Part shown: positions 1 through 5,860 of the stretch, piece after piece
Layout of the letters: each line of letters begins with the position of its first letter
Numbering within the stretch: the stretch's first letter is position 1
NCBI GenBank assembly: GCA_001179505.1
Contig: CDMY01001024.1
Location: forward strand, 1 to 5,860
Length of the DNA: 5,860 nucleotides
Source of the DNA: Vitrella brassicaformis CCMP3155
Lineage: Eukaryota > Protista > Chromerida
Direction of reading: 5' to 3'
Made by a program: the position numbers and the translations under genes
Notes under the pieces: generated by a model
The model's input: the letters and a program-made list of their open reading frames with translations, nothing else
Told to the model about the DNA's origin: nothing
Database searches by the model: none

Positions 1-33
1 CTGTAGTTAGCTGAATAGAGGATCTGCTGGGCG

Positions 34-236
34 GTAAGTCCCAGAGTAAGAGTGCCTTTTACCTTAATAAGACCGATGGACTGGTCAGTCAGTCAAAGTT
101 GTTTCTGTCCATGTATGGCATCATGAAGGGTGGTCAACGCAGATCTCACTTCGGTGATGGCTGATAAGATCGTGTCTCCTCAGAATGCTTTCCTTGTCTT
201 TCCTTGTCTTCTCCTCTCTCTCTCTCCGTTACACAG
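34..236 (+). other. Probable spliceosomal intron of a plus-strand gene entering from the left
   Basis: Perfect GTAAGT donor at 34 and a long pyrimidine tract (188-230) ending in ACAG at 236. The reading frame of the flanking exons cannot be fixed. Confidence 0.45.
191..226 (+). repeat. (TCCTTGTCTT)2 followed by a (CT)n tract
   Basis: Directly visible. It forms the polypyrimidine tract of intron 34-236. Confidence 0.8.
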
Positions 237-552
237 CAATCTACCCTAGCTCACAAGCTCGCAGTGGTTCGTCTTGCCAAGCTGGCAATCCTGACAACAA
301 TGAGCTGAAAGATCCCGCCGAGCATCAAACGAATTCCCTCCCTGGGCCATTCGGAAGCGAACCCGCCATATTGCGGACCCTCGATCGGCGGACCCTCACT
401 CAGGGCTGTCCACGGCTGCTCGGGTGCCTGTGGTGGCCGAGCTCTCAGGGCATGCGAGGGCGTGTCAAGTCGGCTGGCCACTGCGTGTGCTGGAGGTGCG
501 TGGGCGGGCCGGATGAAGGCGACACACGCGAGCTGACACGCGTTCTGTAGGC

Positions 553-565
553 AGGGTTTAGGGTT
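553..565 (+). repeat. Short interstitial telomere-like repeat AGGGTTTAGGGTT (about 2 x TTTAGGG; telo-box-like)
   Basis: Directly visible. It is bracketed by a 10-bp direct repeat GTTCTGTAGG (542-551 and 563-572). Confidence 0.45.
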
Positions 566-619
566 CTGTAGGGGTGTGCCAGTCAAAAGATGGGAGCCCA
601 TCCGTCCTTTCTTACGTAC

Positions 620-877
620 CTGCAGGGCGCCGTCGTCATGGTGTGTGCGTCGTGAACTGCAGAGTCCATACGAATACCGCACAGTCACAACCACTGGAGC
701 TCCATCAAGCTCCTTCCCAAATCTTGCAGCAGCGGTTTCATGGAGCACCCTAGGCGGCCTGACGCCAAGTCCTTTGTCGGTCTCCACGGAGATCTTGGGA
801 TTGCGAGCGTTGCCCCATTTCAAGACCATGATTGCCTTCGCGACAGAAGTGAAATACACGTTCTTGACGGTCGGCAT
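620..877 (-). CDS. Possible isolated coding exon of an unknown gene (MPTVKNVYFTSVAKAIMVLKWGN...HHDDGALQ)
   Basis: Stop-free, purine-first codons and protein-like composition, ending at a phase-0 GTACGT donor (619-614). No family recognised and no clear downstream exon. Confidence 0.35.
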
Positions 878-975
878 GAGATAATGTGGTATGAGATAGA
901 CCGTCTGTCTGTCTTCTCTATGTATTCGTGAACGCACAAACGAAGCAAAGGATCTCCATGCACATGCACATATGA

Positions 976-1440
976 ATGGTTGTGCTGTCTGTGCTGCAGC
1001 ACTCCGTCATCGCAGCGGCCGTCGGCAGCTTTGCCTTCCTCAGGCCGACCGTCTTTGTGACCCTCTTCGGCAAGGCCCAGTCTGATGCGCCGCAGATGCA
1101 ACTGATTACTGACCTGTCACAGCTGTACGGTGCCATGTCTATGGCCCAGGCCGTCCTCACCTTCACGTTCGCGACCCACAGCGACACCCTCGTGTCCTGT
1201 GGCGCCAAGAGATGGATCTGCGGAGCATACGCGCTGTTCTGCTGGCTGTCCGAGAGCGTGTGCCTCAAGGCGCTGTTGCTGACCAAGAGCAGCCACGATG
1301 TGAGTGGATGGGCTACTGCTGTTGCCTTTGCGCTGCTGGGCGTCATGTATGTATATCATGCGGTGATTGAGGGTGTCGGGCGGCGCAGGAAGGGAAGCAC
1401 GGCACGCCCACGCACGTCCCAGTATTGTGAAGCCGACTGA
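976..1440 (+). CDS. Hypothetical multi-pass (about 4 TM) membrane protein; start and 3' exon structure uncertain
   Basis: Codons are strongly GC3-biased from 1000. Four hydrophobic segments (HSVIAAAVGSFAFL, LYGAMSMAQAVLTFTF, WICGAYALFCWLSESVCLKALLL, WATAVAFALLGVMYVY) are followed by a basic RRRK tail. Bases 976-999 resemble an intron 3' end (intron 889-999, GTATGA...TGCAG), so the coding exon may start at 1000. Confidence 0.65.
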   Translation: MVVLSVLQHSVIAAAVGSFAFLRPTVFVTLFGKAQSDAPQMQLITDLSQLYGAMSMAQAVLTFTFATHSDTLVSCGAKRWICGAYALFCWLSESVCLKALLLTKSSHDVSGWATAVAFALLGVMYVYHAVIEGVGRRRKGSTARPRTSQYCEAD

Positions 1441-1671
1441 CGGGCTGCTCCCTCTCATGGTTGGGCTATTTGTATGTGTGGACTCTTTATCCGTCTGCAT
1501 GTGCATGTGTAGAGTACATCGCTTGCTGGGGTGGGCTATAGCATTTTTGCTGTATGGTATGCATGTATGTGCATGTCGCGGTGTTTTCGAATATGTGATG
1601 TTCCTTTTCATGATTTTTCTTGCCCTTCATCCATGTGTTTATCGCTAACCCATGTGCATGTCCCTCTTTAG
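1423..1671 (+). other. Additional spliced segments of the plus-strand gene: candidate exons 1423-1459 and 1513-1556, introns 1460-1512 and 1557-1671
   Basis: Intron 1557-1671 has a GTATGC donor, a CTAAC branch motif (1645-1649), a pyrimidine tract and TAG. An intron at 1347-1422 would join these exons in phase to give ...LLGVIIVKPTDGLLPLMSTSLAGVGYSIFAV. Confidence 0.4.
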
Positions 1672-2162
1672 CACATCACGCATGCTTGCCGTGAGGGAGG
1701 CGAGATGGCTTCATCCGACAGTTATCTGACCGTGTTTCTTAAAGAAGTTGAAGAAGGAGGGGACGTCGACCTGCTCGGTGATTTTGCGGGTCGCCTTGGT
1801 ACCTGATGTGTGAGGCATGCGAAGATGGACACACACATGCATGTATGTGTTGGTGCCTGTGTGTCATGTCTGGCGTCTTGTTGTTACCTTTGTTCTTTTG
1901 TTTGCGCGTGACGGTCTTCTTGGTGACGTCTTTGCCGGGCTTCTACACCAACTCAGTGCTGACCACGATATACACAACACATATACAGTCAGTACGCACA
2001 TGCTCCCTCAGACAGCCCCCCCTTCCTGAGGGCCTGCCAGTCGGTTGACGAGAGGACTTCGTCTTTGCCGTCGTCAGGCTGCTCGAGGATGTAGCTCTTG
2101 ACGATCGTCGACGGCTCAAAGTAGGGGTTCTCGCTGAACTTGAAAATCAAACGGAAACTCTG

Positions 2163-2190
2163 CACACACACACACACACATATATATATA
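2163..2190 (+). repeat. Compound microsatellite (CA)9(TA)5 at the 3' end of NAP intron 6
   Basis: Directly visible. Confidence 0.9.
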
Positions 2191-2521
2191 CACAACTTAA
2201 GGCAGAGTGGTGTGCTGGCGCTCATTCCCACGTACGCTTTGTTTCTTGTCGTCGAACCACTCTGACTGAATGTCCTCAAGATACGCCTATATACACGACG
2301 CACGACACAGTGGGGGTTTGGTTTGCGTGGGTGTATCCCTCTCTCCCCCCTCCCGACCTCGACTTACCAGTACAGGCTCATCGTGTCTTTCGATCATGCC
2401 AGCCCGTTTGTGTGGTTCTTCAGAGCCGTCAACCAAGACTTGGGCAGACCCTGCACACACACACACGGCAGCACACACATAGCACACCGTCTGTTCCCAA
2501 CTCGTATATGTGTGTGCATGC

Positions 2522-2537
2522 GTCTGTCTGTCTGTCT
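2522..2537 (+). repeat. (GTCT)4 microsatellite in NAP intron 4
   Basis: Directly visible. Confidence 0.85.
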
Positions 2538-3160
2538 GTTACCGCGGTGCCGATGTGCACATCGATCTCCTCCTTGTCTTGTGTCTTGTCGCTATCGGGT
2601 GCCTGCGAGTCGTCCTGACTCGCCTGAGTCGTACCGTCGCTGGGCACTGTGCTCTCGTCCTTCTTAGTCAGCACCGAGTAGTGCTGCAACGCACGCACGC
2701 ACCGACATTCACACAAAGACATTCACACGTAAGTCACGTGCGAATGTCCGAGTGTAAATGTTGGATATGCCTACCTTCCTGTAGATGGGGTCCTTGAGCT
2801 TCTGGTACTTGGTCTTGAGCTCGTTCCACTCCTCGCGGTACTGCTTCTCGATCTCGTCGTGCTGCTTCTGCACTCTCTTGTGTGTGCTGACGTGCAGATC
2901 CCGGGGGCCGGTGAGAGTCTGTGACAAACAGAACCACACACAGAGAGAGACGAAGGCGTCTATCTTCCTGGCGGCCTGGTGACCCGCCACACCACATCCA
3001 TCCTGAGGCGTACCGAGTGCGAGATTGAACATGCCATTCGTCACCTCCTGCACCTGCTGATCAGTCTACACACACACAGACAGACCAGACACCACCGGGA
3101 CGCGACATGTCAGTGCACCGAAGCAAGCCTTTTCAGCTCATGTGTCCTGTACAGTACCAT

Positions 3161-3338
3161 ATTGAGGGATCTGAGGCGAAGATCTGCAGATGCTCTCGCC
3201 CCTTTTGCACACCTTTGAGCTCGCAATGATTTTGAAATTCCGCTGTTTTCGAGGCATCCATCTCTCACACGGCGTGATCTGACGACTGTAGCATCCAATG
3301 GTCTGATCGACAATATTGCCTTTCCCACCTGGTGGCTC
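3161..3338. promoter_or_regulatory. Putative bidirectional promoter / 5' UTR region between the divergent NAP and unknown gene
   Basis: Only 178 bp separate the two inferred start codons. It contains an AT-richer patch (~3226-3250), the palindrome CAATATTG (3311-3318) and the inverted repeat CCACC-T-GGTGG (3325-3335). Function is inferred from position only. Confidence 0.5.
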
Positions 3339-3648
3339 ATGTCCACAGAGGTGAGGGCAGCACTGCCTCGACGAGCCAAACCTGTCCATTCAATGCATGT
3401 GTCGATCCATCCATCCATCGTTCAGTCGGAGTCCGTCGATGCGGCGCTGCGTGGCGTTGAGGATAAGTACGAGCATGTGTTGCAGGAAATCAAGGCACTG
3501 CGCCGGCAGGTATGGGTAGATGACCGTCGTTGCATCCGTGGCTTGGGGTCTTTTCTGGCTTCTTTGAGTGCAGGCTGGTGCTGTGCTGGCGCTCAAGCAG
3601 CGGCGGGAGCAGGCGATCGGCAACAACATGTGCCCAAACGTAGCTAAG
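3339..3648 (+). CDS. 5' three exons of an unknown protein with an N-terminal coiled coil (MSTESESVDAALRGVEDKYEHVLQEIKALRRQAGAVLALKQRREQAIGNNMCPNVAK...), interrupted by the retrotransposon
   Basis: Exons 3339-3350, 3426-3509 and 3574-3648 join through phase-0 GT-AG introns (3351-3425, 3510-3573) into a stop-free, high-GC3 frame. The next donor (GTGACC, 3649) runs 35 nt into the element's poly(A) junction. No family recognised. Confidence 0.72.
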
Positions 3649-3683
3649 GTGACCTACCTACAAGATGACACACCGACGAGATA

Positions 3684-3691
3684 TTTTTTTT
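3684..3691 (-). other. Poly(A) tail (A8) marking the element's 3' end and insertion junction
   Basis: T8 on the + strand, 48 nt downstream of the reconstructed ORF stop. Host intron sequence lies directly to its left. Confidence 0.75.
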
Positions 3692-3696
3692 GTGTC

Positions 3697-3725
3697 CGTG
3701 ATACTCATACAGTCCCATGAGCACG
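3697..3725 (-). other. Predicted 3' UTR stem-loop of the retroelement
   Basis: Minus strand CGTG-CTCAT [GGGACTGT] ATGAG-(TAT bulge)-CACG gives 9 Watson-Crick pairs and ends 5 nt before the A tail. Confidence 0.55.
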
Positions 3726-3738
3726 CAGAGTCAAACGC

Positions 3739-5860
3739 TTACGGGGAGGAGGGATTGATACCCACCCCATCAGCACACCCCAGTCCCGCAAACCCTCCTC
3801 TCCCTCCCCCACGCAGACAGTAGCTAGTAGCACGTGCGAGGGCGATAGACAAGCGGGAGCGAATCCATCCAGACACATGACTGAATCCCCCGACCCTTCC
3901 ACCCCTCCTTCTCCAACAGCGCATGAGCCATGTGCGCGATGAACACGTTGGCATCGTGTCCCCACACACCGTCACACGTCACCACCAGAGGGCAGAAGGT
4001 CACGCGGGAGTCGCAGACGGCCGAGTGGTATTTCTTCTTCTTGGCGGTCTCGTGCTGCTTCAGGATGGAGTTGGTCGATCGGTTTTTGGAAGCATAAGAC
4101 GGTGCGTCAACATCAGTGATGCAGATGTCGAACAACGCAGCCGCCTGCCGATCCCACACGCCCCGAGCGACGATGTTCGCCCTGACCCCGCCCTTCCCCT
4201 CCTCTCCCTCCTTCAACACCACCTCCCGACGCACACCAGCGTCCCCCCATGCCATCCCAATCAGCTCGGCAAAAGTGTCCCGCAGCTCGTTGTGGCGACG
4301 AATCACCAGGCCGTACCGCTTGCAGCACAGCGCATGGTCGACGGTGAGGGGCTGGTTGCAGTGGTCGCAGCGTGCAGCGAGGCCAGGGGGGTGACGGCCG
4401 TATCGCATGTTGAGGGCATTTCGAAACTCCGCAGCATCAAGACCAGTGTTGTTGTCTGTCGATGGGAGGGTGGTCATACAGCCGGACGTCTTGTATTCGG
4501 CGCTGCGGGAGAGGACGTGATGGCGCCGGCGGTCGATGTGTGGCAGGGCGGCCTCCCTCTTAATTTTGTGGACGACGTCCTGCTGCTGCTTGCTCTTGGT
4601 GAGGGCGTGGCGGATGGTGGCACGATGATCGCCAGGGTGGATAGGAGCCTTGCCTTGGACGGACTTGGAGACCACCTTGGTGCTCGCGCGGGAAGCGGGA
4701 TAGGCGGCTGCAGTACGGTCGAGAGGGTCACGTATGCCGGTACCGCCAAAGCGGGCAGGCAGCAGCATCAGGTCGACCTCGGACGGCGTTACAGGGCCGC
4801 CGAGGAGGGCCGGCAGCAGCTCCTTGGCGATGGCCTCGCGGAGGGGGCTGAGAGCGCACTCGTCGGTGAGCACGACACGAAAGACGTAGTCCCACTCCAT
4901 CTGCAGAGACCTCGTCATTGCCGCGTGGGCCGTGTGCGGGAAGTTGCAGGCAGCAGACGCGTGCGCGCGCACGCCGTGTACCCACCCCTCGACCTTCTCG
5001 CCGAGGAACACCGCCCTCCTCCCCTCATCGCCCAGGTAGCCGCCCAGAAACCTCTTGCCCGTGACGATCTGCACCCCCTCGGGCTCGAAGAGCTCCCTTG
5101 CGATCTGCTCGAGCTCGGGTTTGACGACGAGGAAGGACTTGGCGGCCTCCGGGTGATAGCCGTATGAGGGACCAATGCGACGCAGCGCTCGAAACCACAC
5201 GAGTATGCCGTGAAGTTTGCCGAGCGCCGATGAGCCATCTGCATACCAGCACTGCCGCAGCGAAGCGCCAGATGAAGAGGCCGACGAGGCCGACAAACTC
5301 TCTCTGTCCTCCTCACCAACTCCAACACCTTCTACATCAGAACACACACATTCACCCGCACCATCCCCCTCTGCTTCTGGTGGTGTGTCACTGGCTTTTT
5401 CTGGCTTCTGATGGCGCATTTTTGTTCTCGTCCGTGTCTGACCCAAACCCATCGCTGCCTGACTCATCCGATGCCCCACTCGACGGCATCTCATATCCCT
5501 CCTCAGCGCAGGCAGCCCGCAGGGCATGGATGAGGGGAAGGCTGCCGCAGGCGTAGACGAACATCGCCATCGAATCGCCCTATGTGACGCCTTCACAGCT
5601 CCACAGACAGCCGGCTGAGCCTTGCAGATGGAGTGCAGCAAACCCTCGGTAGGTGTTGAACACATTTAGTGAGAGCAGCGGGGCCACAGCACGCGGGTGT
5701 TCCAGATGGCAGCAGGCCGACTGATGCGATTGAAGACGTTGCTCGCGTCCACCAGCAGGAGCCCCTCGGTCTCGTCCTCTTGGAAGAGGTCATTCACGGC
5801 GTGCACAGCCCCCTCGAGGCCCCCCTTCACACCGATGCACAGCTGATCAGTGCCGCAGGT
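3739..5860 (-). pseudogene. Disrupted RT-CCHC-RLE polyprotein ORF of the retrotransposon (partial, 5' open)
   Basis: The coding frame is reconstructed with a 2-nt insertion at ~5665-5667 (creates TAA 5666-5668), a TAG at 5580-5582 replacing Q of the QGD motif, a +1 frameshift in an A5 run (5396-5400) and a +1 frameshift in a G5 run (3887-3891). YADD reads YADG (5234-5245) and the RLE RAD reads RAN (4175-4177). The first ~90 aa and last ~20 aa of the 613-aa track ORF are off-frame. The real pieces lie in track ORFs 5388..5570 and 3739..3975. Confidence 0.88.
3950..4369 (-). other. CCHC zinc knuckle plus restriction-like (PD-D/ExK) endonuclease domain
   Basis: C-x2-C-x7-H-x3-C, then RHN, RA(N/D), FD and K-x2-KY in the order established for RLE-bearing non-LTR elements. 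Confidence 0.85.

Larger units (their letters stand above)
1731..3160 (-). pseudogene. NAP1: Nucleosome assembly protein (NAP/SET family histone chaperone), unprocessed and 3'-truncated pseudogene
   Basis: Exons (-): 3160-3158 (ATG only), 3065-3014, 2918-2775, 2683-2543, 2450-2368, 2286-2236, 2159-2038, 1958-1888, 1802-1731. Introns are 76-95 nt. NAP motifs: QKQHDEIEKQYREEWNELKTKYQKLKDPIYRK, IGTAGLPKSWLTALKNH, MIERHDEPVLAYLEDI, SFRLIFKFSENPYF, KPGKDVTKKTVTRKQKNK and VPSFFNFF. Lesions: phase mismatch at exon 2/3, 1-nt deficit in exon 5 (in-frame TGA 2394-2396), GC donor at 2037, TAG at 1943-1945 at the conserved W, and no C-terminal exons. Confidence 0.88.
3684..5860 (-). mobile_element. Non-LTR retrotransposon with restriction-like endonuclease (RLE), CRE-clade-like, degenerate; 3' end intact, 5' part beyond window
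   Basis: Minus-strand translation across frames gives RT motifs CGTDQLCIGVKGGLEGAVHA, EGLLLVDASNVFNRISR, VFNTYRG, EGVT*GDSMAMFVYA, WYADG, GPSYGYHPEAAKSFLVVK, GKRFLGGYLG and LLPARFGGTGIRDP. These are followed by a CCHC knuckle (CDHCNQPLTVDHALCC, 4322-4369) and RLE motifs RRHNELRD, RANI, FDICITD and KKKKY. The C-terminal tail is FSHVSGWIRSRLSIALARATSYCLRG, stop at 3739-3741, then a 48-nt 3' UTR and A8 (T8 at 3684-3691). Clade assignment is from remembered motif patterns, not a search. Confidence 0.92.

Noticed and set aside
373-397. 10-bp direct repeat GCGGACCCTC x2
   Set aside because: Only two copies with no associated feature, so it is not an array or terminal repeat.
251-937. 228-aa minus-strand ORF as a full single-exon gene
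   Set aside because: Only 877-620 looks coding. The rest crosses intron-like, repeat and telomere-like sequence.
2605-2623. 7-bp perfect inverted repeat GCGAGTC/GACTCGC
   Set aside because: It lies in a low-complexity S/Q/D-coding part of NAP exon 4 and is plausible by chance in GC-rich degenerate repeats.
3574-3648. Resemblance of RRQ...KQRREQA...MCPNVAK to a MuDR/MULE transposase segment, or of IGN..CP.V to seryl-tRNA synthetase
   Set aside because: The peptide lies within ~57 aa of a well-supported start codon, and neither family's flanking motifs are present.
3923-5167. 414-aa plus-strand ORF
   Set aside because: Antisense shadow of the high-GC3 retrotransposon ORF. Its composition is typical of mirror frames and it has no recognisable motifs.
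5332-5490. Intron explaining the RT frameshift and acidic segment
   Set aside because: The only phase-compatible donor (GTGGGG) is weak, a single homopolymer indel explains the frame more simply, and much acidic sequence would remain. Kept only as a minor alternative.
3824-5665. 613-aa ORF taken as an intact RT protein
   Set aside because: Its N-terminal ~90 aa and C-terminal ~20 aa are off-frame. The true motifs lie in neighbouring frames, and catalytic residues are mutated.
1-5860. CRISPR array, prokaryotic retron/DGR/group II intron interpretation of the RT, or tRNA/rRNA genes
   Set aside because: The context is spliceosomal-intron-rich and eukaryotic. The RT is followed by CCHC-RLE and a poly(A) tail. 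No regularly spaced repeats or RNA gene signatures were seen.

Overview
This is GC-rich, intron-dense eukaryotic DNA with 64-115 nt introns rich in CA/TG and GTCT repeats. That style, plus the NAP protein, suggests a chromerid/apicomplexan-related alveolate such as Vitrella (inference). The window reads as a mosaic of broken genes. (1) 3684-5860 (-): the 3' ~2.2 kb of a degenerate RLE-type non-LTR retrotransposon, most like the CRE clade, with RT, CCHC knuckle, restriction-like endonuclease, a 48-nt 3' UTR with a stem-loop and an A8 tail. It has three frameshifts, a nonsense codon, two mutated catalytic aspartates and an unusual ~85-aa acidic segment inside the RT core. (2) It sits antisense in intron 3 of an unknown coiled-coil gene (3339-3648, +). 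(3) That gene is head-to-head, 178 bp apart, with a 9-exon nucleosome assembly protein (NAP) pseudogene (3160-1731, -) that carries several lesions and lacks its 3' end. (4) A multi-pass membrane protein gene (~976/1000-1440, +) has further spliced exons that run into the NAP intron at ~1672. (5) Bases 1-900 hold weakly supported gene fragments and a short telomere-like repeat. I found no convincing wholly new system. The best leads are the RT acidic segment, the 3' stem-loop and the rearrangement junctions.
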